Positions 55,229 to 64,000 of a stretch of 64,000 bases of DNA are shown here, piece after piece; the stretch's first letter is position 1, and the number at the start of each line of letters is the position of its first letter. The stretch covers positions 1 to 64,000 of the forward strand of contig CAUVWX020000001.1 of the NCBI GenBank assembly GCA_963555815.3, given 5' to 3'. This DNA comes from a bacterium (lineage in GTDB: Bacteria; UBA8248; JACPRG01; G963555815). The notes under the pieces were generated by a model. It was not told the origin of the DNA and made no database searches. It saw only the letters and a list, made by a program, of their open reading frames with translations. The translations under genes and the position numbers were made by a program.

Positions 55229-55257
55229 AATATATCCCCCCCCTCCTGTTCTGTCAA
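55229..55257 (-). promoter_or_regulatory. sigma70-type promoter upstream of the mutS2-dnaG-rpoD block
   Basis: TTGACA-N17-TATATT; -35 overlaps the hisIE stop; G8 run in the spacer. Confidence 0.6.
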
Positions 55258-55974
55258 GAATTAGAGCCAGTTGGGCGGCTTTTTTTCTCTAATATGCCAG
55301 ACTTGCCGAATCTTCGCTCTAACTCCGAAAACACGCCCTCAGGCTCTTTTCCAGCCTCTGCGAGGAGGACAAGGGTGTGAAACCAGAGGTCTGCCAGCTC
55401 AGGGATGACCCGGTCCGCTGAGTCCCCTTTTGCGGCCAAGATGACCTCGGAGGCCTCTTCTCCTATTTTTTTCAATAGCTTATCAGAATCCCCCTTGAAG
55501 AGGGATTGGACGTAGGGACTCCGGGTCTTCGCGCCCGCTCTCAAGGGCGTCCTTTCGGGAGAGAATGACATCGAAAATTTCACGAAAGATCGCGGATTTC
55601 CTCCATTCCCCTCGGCCCCCTTCTTCCTCTACCGTCCCGTCCTTTTTGTGAAAAAAGCAGGCCCTTCGGTCCGTATGGCAGGCGGGGCCCTCCTGTTCCA
55701 CCTGAAGGAGGAGGGCGTCGAGGTCGCAATCAAAGTGAAGGGAACGAAGGTGCTGCAGGTGGCCCGAGGTCTCACCTTTTTTCCAGAGCTTTTTCCGCTC
55801 CCGGCTGAAATAGTGAACGAGACCCGTCTCAAGGGTTTGCTTCAGGCTCTCACGATTCATATAAGCCAGCATGAGGACCTGGCCCGTCCGGTCGTCTTGG
55901 GCAATGGCGGGGATCAGACCCTGCTCGTCAAATTTCAGATTGAGATCCACTCCTTCGACCCTCACCGACGACAT
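55254..55974 (-). CDS. hisIE: bifunctional PR-AMP cyclohydrolase / PR-ATP pyrophosphatase, apparent +1 frameshift at about 55516
   Basis: [23 protein letters not shown]; then DPES|YVQSLF...[10 protein letters not shown]...ELADLWFH in the next frame. Confidence 0.92.
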
Positions 55975-56071
55975 CCTCCAAACAAAGGACTCTCTCCGCG
56001 GCGCGGTTCACACCGTCGTGACATAACAACAGAAGATAGTCTGCAGGGGATAGAGGGGATTCCATCCCAGT

Positions 56072-56836
56072 CTAGGCAAGGCGGACTGGCACCCCCTTCT
56101 TCCTCAAAACCTCCTTCACGGAGGCAATCGTCCACTCCCCGTAGTGGAAGATGGAAGCCGCAAGCGCGGCGTCGGCCCCGCCTCTCATCAGGCCATCGTA
56201 GATGTGGTCCGGGTGACCTACGCCCCCCGAGGCGATCAGGGGGATGGAGATGGCGTCTGAGATGGTTTGAGTGAGCTCCAGGTCATAGCCATCCTTCGTC
56301 CCGTCTCGGTCCATGCTGGTCAGGAGGATCTCCCCCGCTCCCCGGGACTCAGCCTCCCTGGCCCAGGCAAGGGCGTCCAGCCCCGTGGGCCTTGAACCCC
56401 CGTGGGTGTGCACTTCCCAGCCATCCCCGGCCGCTCGGCGCTTGGCATCAATGGCAACCACGATACATTGGCTCCCAAAGCGGCGGGCCCCTTCATCGAT
56501 GAAGTCGGGGCGATGAACAACCGCCGTGTTGATGGACACCTTGTCGGCCCCGGCGCGAAGGAGCCCATGGATATCCTCCAGAGTCCTCGCCCCGCCTCCC
56601 ACCGTGAGTGGGACAAAGACCCGCTCTGCCGTCCGGGCCACGATGTCCACCAGGGTTGGCCGATCCTCTTTCGATGCGGTGATGTCGAGAAAGGTGATCT
56701 CGTCCGCCCCCTGCTGACCATAGGCCTCGGCAGCCTCGACAGGGTCCCCGGCGTCCCTCAGGTCTAAAAAATGGACCCCTTTGACGACCCTGCCACACTT
56801 GACGTCAAGGCACGGGATGATGCGTTTGGCCAGCAT
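56072..56836 (-). CDS. hisF: IGP synthase cyclase subunit
   Basis: [34 protein letters not shown]. Confidence 0.98.
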   Translation of the reverse strand: MLAKRIIPCLDVKCGRVVKGVHFLDLRDAGDPVEAAEAYGQQGADEITFLDITASKEDRPTLVDIVARTAERVFVPLTVGGGARTLEDIHGLLRAGADKVSINTAVVHRPDFIDEGARRFGSQCIVVAIDAKRRAAGDGWEVHTHGGSRPTGLDALAWAREAESRGAGEILLTSMDRDGTKDGYDLELTQTISDAISIPLIASGGVGHPDHIYDGLMRGGADAALAASIFHYGEWTIASVKEVLRKKGVPVRLA

Positions 56837-57548
56837 ACTCGATCGCCTTGGGAAGCATGATCTTCCCTTCATAGAGGGCACGGCCCAGGACAACGCCCAT
56901 GACGCCGACGGCCTCCAGAGGGAGGAGGGCCTTAATATCTTTCAGGGAGGCGACCCCGCCCGAGGCAATGACCGGAGTCTCGACAGCTCGAGCAAGGTTT
57001 CGCGTCGCCGCGACGTTGGGTCCTGTCATGGCCCCGTCCCGCTCGATGTCAGTGAAGATAACGGCAGCAGGTTTCTCGGCGGCGAAGCGCAGGGCGAGGG
57101 TTTCAGGAAGCATTTCGGTCTCCTCCTCCCACCCTGAGACGGCCACCTTTCCTCCACGCACGTCTACACCGAGGATGATCTTGCCGGGATATTGGCGAAA
57201 GGCCGAGCGGGCAAACTCGGGCTCCCGATAGGCGGCCGTTCCCAGGATGAGGAACGAGGCCCCCGAGTCAAGGACGCGGCGAAGCGAGACCTCGTCGCGC
57301 AGCCCCCCCCCAAATTCGATGGGGAGCTGGACAGCGCCGGCGATGGCCTCGAGTCCCTTCAGGTTGTCTCTCTTTTCCCCGAAGGCCGCGTCGAGGTCGA
57401 TGACGTGGAGGCGTTCAGCCCCCTCATCGGCAAAGCGTTTGGCAGTATCCCTCGGGCTGCCGCTGAAGACGGTCTCTTCCTCCCGCCGGCCCTGATAGAG
57501 CCGAACACATTTTCCGCCCTTGAGGTCAATCGCTGGGATGATGAGCAT
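56805..57548 (-). CDS. hisA: ProFAR isomerase
   Basis: [29 protein letters not shown]. Confidence 0.97.
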   Translation of the reverse strand: MLIIPAIDLKGGKCVRLYQGRREEETVFSGSPRDTAKRFADEGAERLHVIDLDAAFGEKRDNLKGLEAIAGAVQLPIEFGGGLRDEVSLRRVLDSGASFLILGTAAYREPEFARSAFRQYPGKIILGVDVRGGKVAVSGWEEETEMLPETLALRFAAEKPAAVIFTDIERDGAMTGPNVAATRNLARAVETPVIASGGVASLKDIKALLPLEAVGVMGVVLGRALYEGKIMLPKAIEYAGQTHHPVP

Positions 57549-57578
57549 GCTTAGTCACCGGGGCGGACACAGAACCCC

Positions 57579-58217
57579 TTAATTTTTCGTCGCCCATTTG
57601 ACGAAATTCTCTAAAACCCTCAACCCCAGGGGGCCGCTGCGCTCCGGGTGAAACTGGCACCCAAAGACATTCTCCTTTGCAATGCTGGAGACGAATCTCA
57701 GCCCATAATCCGTCGTCGTGGTAACGAGGTTGTCCCCCTCAGGGACCACGCGATAGGAATGGACGAAGTAAAAGTGGGCCCCGTCCGGGACACCTTCCAA
57801 AGCCGGCGTGACCGTCTCCTTTCGGATCTCGTTCCAACCCATGTGAGGGACCTTAAGGCGAGCCCCCTTGCCATCTCGAAGTCCCTTTTCAAAAGGGACC
57901 ACCTTCCCCTTCAGATGGGCGAGACCCGGCGTCCTCCCAAACTCCTCGCCCTCTTCAAAGAGGATCTGGAGCCCAAGGCAAATCCCCAGATAGGGCTTCC
58001 CAGCACTCAGCGCCGAAAGCACCGCCTCATCCAAGCCGGCCGAACGGAGATTCTTCATGCAATCCCCAAAGGCGCCGACCCCTGGCAGGACAAGAGCGCC
58101 GGCACCCAGCATCTCCTTGGGCGTCCTCGCAATGAGAAGGTCCTTCCCAACCGCCTGAAAAGCGTTCAGGACACTCCGGAGATTTCCCATCCCGTAATCG
58201 ATAACGGCGATCTTCAT
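57579..58217 (-). CDS. hisH: IGP synthase glutaminase subunit
   Basis: IDYGMGNL; PGVGAF; GICLG; QFHPE. Confidence 0.97.
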   Translation of the reverse strand: MKIAVIDYGMGNLRSVLNAFQAVGKDLLIARTPKEMLGAGALVLPGVGAFGDCMKNLRSAGLDEAVLSALSAGKPYLGICLGLQILFEEGEEFGRTPGLAHLKGKVVPFEKGLRDGKGARLKVPHMGWNEIRKETVTPALEGVPDGAHFYFVHSYRVVPEGDNLVTTTTDYGLRFVSSIAKENVFGCQFHPERSGPLGLRVLENFVKWATKN

Positions 58218-58807
58218 AACATCCCCTTGGTCGAGGGTACCCCTTCCCGTCGCTCATCGGGACACACAGCCTCTCGAAGGGCTCGCCCCCATCCCTTGAA
58301 AATGGCCTCCACCATGTGGTGGACGTTTTCGCCGTAGGGGACTTCGACGTGAAGATCCACTCCACCCTGGGAACAAAAAGCCTGAAAAAACTCCTCGATG
58401 AGCTGGACGTCAAAAGCTCCCACCCGGGTCGTGGGCGACGTCAGCCGATAGACCAGATGGGGGCGGCCGCCCACGTCGAGGGCCACCTGGGCGAGGGCGT
58501 CCATCATGGGCGAGAGGGCTTGCCCGAAGCGCCGGATGCCCCTCTTGTCCCCAAGGGCCCCCTTCAGGGCTTGTCCCAAACAGATCCCCACGTCCTCGAT
58601 CGTGTGGTGAGCGTCTACGGCAAGGTCCCCCTTAGCCGTGAGTTTTACGTCGAAGGCCCCGTGCTTCGCCATCTGGGAGAGCATATGGTCGAAAAAAGGG
58701 AGCCCCGTTGAGATCTCGTGATCTCCGGTCCCGTCCAGGCCCCATTCGACCTCGATCTCGGTCTCCGTCGTCTTTCTGACGACCTTGCCGACCCTCCCTT
58801 TATTCAT
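58214..58807 (-). CDS. hisB: imidazoleglycerol-phosphate dehydratase
   Basis: FFDHML; HHTIEDVG; NVHHMVEA; PSTKG. Confidence 0.97.
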   Translation of the reverse strand: MNKGRVGKVVRKTTETEIEVEWGLDGTGDHEISTGLPFFDHMLSQMAKHGAFDVKLTAKGDLAVDAHHTIEDVGICLGQALKGALGDKRGIRRFGQALSPMMDALAQVALDVGGRPHLVYRLTSPTTRVGAFDVQLIEEFFQAFCSQGGVDLHVEVPYGENVHHMVEAIFKGWGRALREAVCPDERREGVPSTKGML

Positions 58808-60138
58808 TTCTTCCTCCTTCTGCCCGGGATGGCGTCGGGGAACCTGGCCTGGACCGACGCCTTGTGGCCCCCCAGGCCCTCCAACGCCGCCAGGGTGCAT
58901 GCCCCGTCGGCGACACGGGCGAGGGCGGGACGACTGAACTCCACAACGCTCGTCCGCTTCACGAAATCGTAGACCCCCAGGGGGGAGCCAAACCGGGCCG
59001 TCCCCCCGGTGGGAAGGATGTGGTTCGGGCCAGCGAGATAATCGCCCACGGCCACCGGAGTGAAAGAGCCCAGAAAGATGGCCCCCGCGTTGGAAAAACT
59101 GTCTATGTAGCGACGCGCTCCCCGAATGGCAAGGGAAAGGTGCTCGGGGCAGAGCTCGGCCACAACCTCAGCTGCCCGCTCGAGGTTCGGAACCTCCACC
59201 ACCCACCCACTCCTGCGCCAGGCCTCAGCCGCCATCTCCCGGCGCTCGAGAGTGGGAAGGGTCCGGCGGACTTCCTTCAGGACCGCTTCCGCCACACCCC
59301 TCTCCACAGCGACGAGGGCCACCCAAGCATCTGGGTCGTGCTCGGCCTGGGCAAGGAGGTCTGCCGCCACCCATTGAGGGCGGGCCGAGCCATCGGCAAC
59401 CACCAGGAGTTCGCTCGGGCCAGCCAGCCCATCGATATCCACATCACCGTAGACCAGGCGCTTGGCAGCGACCACGTAGGCATTGCCGGGACCCACGATC
59501 TTGTCTACCGCCCTGAGGGTCTTTGTCCCGTAGGCCATGGCGCCGATGGCCTGGGCGCCCCCAATGCGGTAGGCCTCTTTGACCCCCGCCAGGTTGGCAG
59601 CCACAAGGACCTGGGGGCTGATCTTTCCGTCGGGCCCGGGCGGGGTGCATAGGACGATTTCCTGGACCCCGGCGAGCCGGGCCGGAATCCCCGCCATCAA
59701 GACGGTCGAAGGATAGGCCGCCCGGCCTCCCGGGACGTAGATCCCAACCCGCCTCAGGGGCCGAACCCACTGGCCCAGACGTTCCCCCTGGCGGCTCTTC
59801 GCCCAAATGGCCTCTCCTCGAGAGGAGGAGGTCTTCTGTGAACGGTGAAAGGTTTCTATCCGCTCGGCCGCCATTTTGAGGGCGCGAAGCTCCCCTGGCT
59901 GAAGGGCTTTTAGGGCCCCCTCTCGCTCGCGGCGGGAGACCCGAATGCGAGCGGAGGAAAGGCGGACTCCGTCCAGGCGCTCTGTCCAGCGCAGCACGGC
60001 CCTATCCCCGTCTTCTCTAACGGTCGATAGAATGTCCCTCGCCCGCTTCATCGCCTGGGCTTGGCCTCGCTGCCACTTTCGACGATGGCGACCGAGGTTT
60101 TCTCGCCAGCCAGGCCGGGATGCATCGAGGCGTTTCAT
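58804..60138 (-). CDS. hisD: histidinol dehydrogenase
   Basis: GIYVPGG; GGAQAI; IVGPGNAYV; AGPSE; QAEHD; GDYLAGPNHILPT. Confidence 0.97.
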   Translation of the reverse strand: MKRLDASRPGWRENLGRHRRKWQRGQAQAMKRARDILSTVREDGDRAVLRWTERLDGVRLSSARIRVSRREREGALKALQPGELRALKMAAERIETFHRSQKTSSSRGEAIWAKSRQGERLGQWVRPLRRVGIYVPGGRAAYPSTVLMAGIPARLAGVQEIVLCTPPGPDGKISPQVLVAANLAGVKEAYRIGGAQAIGAMAYGTKTLRAVDKIVGPGNAYVVAAKRLVYGDVDIDGLAGPSELLVVADGSARPQWVAADLLAQAEHDPDAWVALVAVERGVAEAVLKEVRRTLPTLERREMAAEAWRRSGWVVEVPNLERAAEVVAELCPEHLSLAIRGARRYIDSFSNAGAIFLGSFTPVAVGDYLAGPNHILPTGGTARFGSPLGVYDFVKRTSVVEFSRPALARVADGACTLAALEGLGGHKASVQARFPDAIPGRRRKK

Positions 60139-60205
60139 CTTTTCCCCTGACTCGAGAATTTCTGTTCCAAACGACAAAGAGTAAAAATTTCGAGAAACCG
60201 GAGCG

Positions 60206-60886
60206 TCAGACCGTTAGGTGTTTTTTCAGCCGCATCACCAGGGCCCGAATTTGCACGTATCGCGTCTTCTGGCTCGCCCGGTTCACAATGAGTCGCGCCG
60301 ACGCCCCCAAAACCTCTCGAACCTCCACAAGGCCATTTTCCCGAAGTGTCCTGCCCGTGTCCACGAGGTCCACGACGGCGTCGGCCAGACCCAGGCTCGG
60401 CGCGAGCTCCACGGCCCCCGAGAGCCGGACCACATCGACGGGAACCCCTGCCCCGCCGAAGAAGTTCTCCGTAATGCGTGGAAATTTCGTCGCCACGCGA
60501 AGCCAGGCCCTCCCCACCAGTCGGGACCATTCGGCCTCCTCCTTCGGCGCCGCCAGCACCAGGCGACAAAGACCAAAGCGAAGGTCTAGGGGCTCATACA
60601 CACTCTTTGCCTGTTCGAGGAGGACGTCTTTCCCCACCACCCCGAGGTCCGCGGCACCGTGCTCCACATAGGTGGGGACATCCACGTCCCGGACTCGGAT
60701 AATTCGAAGGCTTTCGGACCCGGACCGGGAAGTAGCCTCATAGACCAGGACCCGCTCTTCCTCCCACCTGTTGGCAGACACCAGACCCGTCCGGCGAAGG
60801 AGATCCCAGGCGGGCTCAAAAAGCCGCCCGCGGGGGAGGGCCAGGGTCAGAGGTGGATCCTTCGACAGGGTCTTTTTTCGTTTCAT
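60206..60886 (-). CDS. hisG: ATP phosphoribosyltransferase, short form
   Basis: ALPRGRL; DVPTYVEHG; VATKFP; VDLVDTGRTLRENGL; no C-terminal regulatory domain. Confidence 0.95.
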   Translation of the reverse strand: MKRKKTLSKDPPLTLALPRGRLFEPAWDLLRRTGLVSANRWEEERVLVYEATSRSGSESLRIIRVRDVDVPTYVEHGAADLGVVGKDVLLEQAKSVYEPLDLRFGLCRLVLAAPKEEAEWSRLVGRAWLRVATKFPRITENFFGGAGVPVDVVRLSGAVELAPSLGLADAVVDLVDTGRTLRENGLVEVREVLGASARLIVNRASQKTRYVQIRALVMRLKKHLTV

Positions 60887-62136
60887 CGAAGACGCTCGAT
60901 CTCAGCCCCAAGGGCCGAAAGTTTCTTTTCCATTCGCTCGTATCCTCGGTCCAGATGATAAACCCGATTGATCGTCGTTTCTTCCCTCGCAGCAAGCCCG
61001 GCCAGAACGAGACACGCACTGGCCCGAAGATCAGTGGCCATGACCTCTGCCCCGCAAAGCTTGGAGACACCCCGGACTACGGCCACATTTCCCTGGATTG
61101 AGATATCGGCCCCCATCCGCCGAAGCTCTGCCGCGTGCAGAAACCGGTTCTCAAAGACGGTCTCCGTGATGACCGAGGTCCCTTCGGCCAGGACCATCAG
61201 GGCCATCATCTGGGCCTGAACGTCCGTCGGAAATCCTGGGTAGGGGGCCGTCCGAAGTTCCATTGGGCAGATCGGGCGCTTCCCCTGCACCCTGAGAAAA
61301 TCCTCCCCTTCGCTCACCTTCGTCCCCGCCGCCCGAAGCCTCTCCGTCACGGCACTCAGGTGGGCCGGGCAGACCCCCCTCAGCGTCACGTCCCCACCCG
61401 TGATGGCCCCCGCCACCAGGTAGGTGGCGGCCTCGATCCGGTCGGGGATGATCCGCTCCTGAAAAGGGCCGAGCTCCTTTTTGCCCTCGACCTCGATGGC
61501 GTCCGTCCCGGCCCCTGAGACCCGGGCCCCCATGGAGTTCAGGACATCCGCCAGCTGGACCACCTCGGGCTCCCGAGCGGCGTTGTGGATGCGCGTCTTC
61601 CCGCGCGCCAGAGAAGCCGCCATCATCAGATTCTCCGTCCCCGTCACTGTCATGGGGTCCAGGAAGATATCGGCCCCACGAAGACCGTTGGCAGTGGCGT
61701 AAACATAGCCCTGACGAAGAGAGACGGACACCCCCAAGGCTCTAAGACCCTCCAGGTGGAGGTTGATCGGACGGGCCCCGATGGCACAACCTCCCGGCAG
61801 GGAAACCACCGCCCGGCCCGAGCGGGCCAAAAGAGGGCCCAGGACCAGCACCGACGCACGCATGGTGCGAACCAGGTCATAGGAGGCCTGTTGACCCGTC
61901 AGATCTGCCGCTTCCACTGCCGCCACGCGCCCTTCGGCCTGTTCGATCCTAACCCCGAACCTCCCGAGGAGGTGACAGAAGGTTTGTACATCTTGAACGT
62001 CCGGGAGGTTTTCAAGCCGGCAGGGTTCTCTTGTCAGCAGGGTCGCGGCGAGAAGCGGCAAGGCGGCATTCTTGGCGCCGCCGATCGTGACCTCCCCTTG
62101 AAGCCCCTTGCCCCCCCGGATCCGGATTCGGTCCAC
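60883..62136 (-). CDS. murA: UDP-GlcNAc 1-carboxyvinyltransferase
   Basis: [37 protein letters not shown]. Confidence 0.98.
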   Translation of the reverse strand: MDRIRIRGGKGLQGEVTIGGAKNAALPLLAATLLTREPCRLENLPDVQDVQTFCHLLGRFGVRIEQAEGRVAAVEAADLTGQQASYDLVRTMRASVLVLGPLLARSGRAVVSLPGGCAIGARPINLHLEGLRALGVSVSLRQGYVYATANGLRGADIFLDPMTVTGTENLMMAASLARGKTRIHNAAREPEVVQLADVLNSMGARVSGAGTDAIEVEGKKELGPFQERIIPDRIEAATYLVAGAITGGDVTLRGVCPAHLSAVTERLRAAGTKVSEGEDFLRVQGKRPICPMELRTAPYPGFPTDVQAQMMALMVLAEGTSVITETVFENRFLHAAELRRMGADISIQGNVAVVRGVSKLCGAEVMATDLRASACLVLAGLAAREETTINRVYHLDRGYERMEKKLSALGAEIERLR

Positions 62137-62145
62137 CTTCCCTCC

Positions 62146-63051
62146 TCAGCGCCGCCGGGCCGCCAGAACCCGGTCCCGGCCTTCAAGGTCAAGGGCGGCC
62201 TCTACTCTATCGTAATCCCCAAGGGAGCCGAGTGCCGCCTGGAGATCTGGACTCTGATCCGCCCCCACCTCCATGAGGAGCCAGCCCCCTGGCTTGAGAA
62301 CCCTCGGCGAGGCAAGGGCGATGGCCCGGTGGGGCCACTGACCGTTCGGTTGGACGAGGAGGGCGATCCGGGGCTCATAGGCGGCAACCTCAGGGGGAAG
62401 ATTCCCCCATTCTCCCTCCAAAATATAAGGCGGGTTGGAGACGACGGCGTCAAAAGTTCCAGTCTCTTGAAAGGGAGAGAGCCAGTCCGCAGCCAGGAAT
62501 TGGACTCGGTCTCCCAGGCTCAGGCGGCGGGCGTTCTCAGCGGCGACGGCCAGGGCGGGAAGACTCACATCCGTTGCTATCACCCGAAGGTCGGGCCGCT
62601 CGGCCAAGAGGGCGAGGGCCACATTTCCTGAGCCGGTCCCCAGATCCAGAACCCTGGGGGACCCTCCTGAAGAACGCCCCTTTTGCACAGGGGGAAGACG
62701 CCTCAGGGCCTCTTCGACCAGGGTCTCGGTCTCGGGGCGGGGGACGAGAACGTCGGGCGTCACGCGAAGGTCAAGGGACCAGAACTCCCGACAGCCCGTG
62801 ATATAGGCCAGGGGCTCTCGCGATTCACGCCGACGAAGGTGCTCCTCAAAGCGGGCTTGGACGGCTTCCTGAAGGGATTCGAGGAGATGCGTCAGAAGCT
62901 CGGCCTGACCGACGCCCCTCGCCTCGGCCAGAAGCACCTCGGCCTCGAGACGGGCGCAAGAGATCCCTGCTCGCTCGAGGCGTTTTTCCGCCTCGGCGAG
63001 GTATTCGGCACCGCTCCTGGTCGGACGCTTGGCTGTAAGGGGACGGATCAG
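62146..63051 (-). CDS. prmC: release factor glutamine methyltransferase (start uncertain)
   Basis: [30 protein letters not shown]; follows prfA. Confidence 0.93.
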   Translation of the reverse strand: MIRPLTAKRPTRSGAEYLAEAEKRLERAGISCARLEAEVLLAEARGVGQAELLTHLLESLQEAVQARFEEHLRRRESREPLAYITGCREFWSLDLRVTPDVLVPRPETETLVEEALRRLPPVQKGRSSGGSPRVLDLGTGSGNVALALLAERPDLRVIATDVSLPALAVAAENARRLSLGDRVQFLAADWLSPFQETGTFDAVVSNPPYILEGEWGNLPPEVAAYEPRIALLVQPNGQWPHRAIALASPRVLKPGGWLLMEVGADQSPDLQAALGSLGDYDRVEAALDLEGRDRVLAARRR

Positions 63052-64000
63052 GCGGATCTCCCGGCCGTCTCGAATTCGGCCAGGCGGTCGGCCTCGTGGG
63101 CGGCGATGAGGGGCTCGATAACCTCTTCGAGACCTCCCTCGAGAACCGCCTCCAGCTTGTAGAGGGTCAAATTGATGCGGTGGTCGGAGACGCGGCCCTG
63201 GGGAAAGTTGTAGGTTCGGATCCGGCCGCTTCGGTCTCCCGACCCCACCTGGGACCGCCTCTCGCGAGCCCGTTTCTCTTCCTGCTCTTGCTTGGCGGCG
63301 TCGTAGAGACGGGCCCTGAGAACCTTTAGGGCCTTGGCCCGATTCTTGTGCTGGGATTTTTCGTCCTGACACGTAACCACCATCCCCGTCGAAAGATGGG
63401 TAATTCGCACTGCCGAGTCTGTCGTGTTCACGCTCTGGCCACCAGGGCCTGAGGACCGAAAGACATCGATCCGAAGGTCCTGGGGGTCGATCCGAAGGTC
63501 CACCTCCTCGGCCTGAGGAAGAATGGCCACCGTCACTGCCGAGGTATGGATCCGGCCTCCGGTTTCGGTCTCAGGCACTCGCTGGACCCGATGGGTCCCG
63601 CTCTCATGCTTGAGTAAGCTATAGACCTTTTTCCCCTCGACCGAAGCGATGACCTCCTTATAGCCGCCAAGGCCTGTTGGATGCTGGCTCATGATCTCGA
63701 CCCGCCATCCTCGACGCTCAGCAAATTTAAGGTACATCCGAAAGAGCTCGGCCGCAAAGAGAGAGGCTTCCTCTCCTCCTGTCCCCGCCCGGATCTCCAG
63801 GATGACGTTTCGCTCGTCGTTGGGGTCCTTGGAGAGCATGAGGTGCTTCAGGCGCGCCTCCGTTTCCCCCCGGCCCCCCTCCAGACGTTCCAGCTCTTCT
63901 CGAGCGAGCTCCCGCAGCTCCGCCTCCTCGGCCTCGGCCATAACCTCTTGTCCCTGGCAAATCTGCTCCTCAAGGGTCAAGAGGTGACGGTAGAGGTTCA
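63048..64000 (-). CDS. prfA: peptide chain release factor 1 (5' end outside the window)
   Basis: [10 protein letters not shown] (PxT); [20 protein letters not shown]. Confidence 0.97.
   Translation of the reverse strand, partial: NLYRHLLTLEEQICQGQEVMAEAEEAELRELAREELERLEGGRGETEARLKHLMLSKDPNDERNVILEIRAGTGGEEASLFAAELFRMYLKFAERRGWRVEIMSQHPTGLGGYKEVIASVEGKKVYSLLKHESGTHRVQRVPETETGGRIHTSAVTVAILPQAEEVDLRIDPQDLRIDVFRSSGPGGQSVNTTDSAVRITHLSTGMVVTCQDEKSQHKNRAKALKVLRARLYDAAKQEQEEKRARERRSQVGSGDRSGRIRTYNFPQGRVSDHRINLTLYKLEAVLEGGLEEVIEPLIAAHEADRLAEFETAGRSA

Noticed and set aside
58804..60886. hisC and hisZ missing from the his cluster
   Set aside because: Both are often encoded elsewhere; cannot be judged from one window.

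Overview
The window has two parts with different composition, joined abruptly at about 3454. Bases 1-3453 are very GC-rich accessory DNA: a GAF-PAS sensor gene with an in-frame amber stop, and two secreted fibronectin-type-III (FN3) repeat proteins, both broken. Bases 3455-64000 are bacterial core genome, almost all on the minus strand. In transcription order: prfA-prmC-murA-hisG-D-B-H-A-F-IE, mutS2-dnaG-rpoD-tRNA-Ile2-zinc ribbon, rnpB, moaC, PIN/TRAM-ispD-ispF-cysS-rlmB, then a contiguous tRNA/tuf-rpmG-secE-nusG-rplKAJL-rpoBC-str-S10-spc-alpha supercluster. Gene order suggests a Nitrospinota/Deltaproteobacteria-like host (inference only). The best candidate for a new system is an AT-rich two-gene cassette (45751-47799): an RnlA/RNase LS-like HEPN toxin followed by an RNase HIII, with no RnlB antitoxin. 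It sits where RNase HI is expected, and a C-terminal RNase HI remnant lies beside it. Other notable points: both EF-Tu copies carry a non-canonical P-loop (GHVQHGKT) and a switch-I Asp-to-Asn change; RpoB contains an insert that aligns without gaps to the RpoC zinc ribbon; a 24-aa vestigial L30 ORF; a 51-bp tandem-repeat extension on NusG; and an unassigned structured leader upstream of mutS2. Several +1 frameshifts in core genes look like homopolymer sequencing errors. All calls are by eye from motifs and synteny; no database searches were run.
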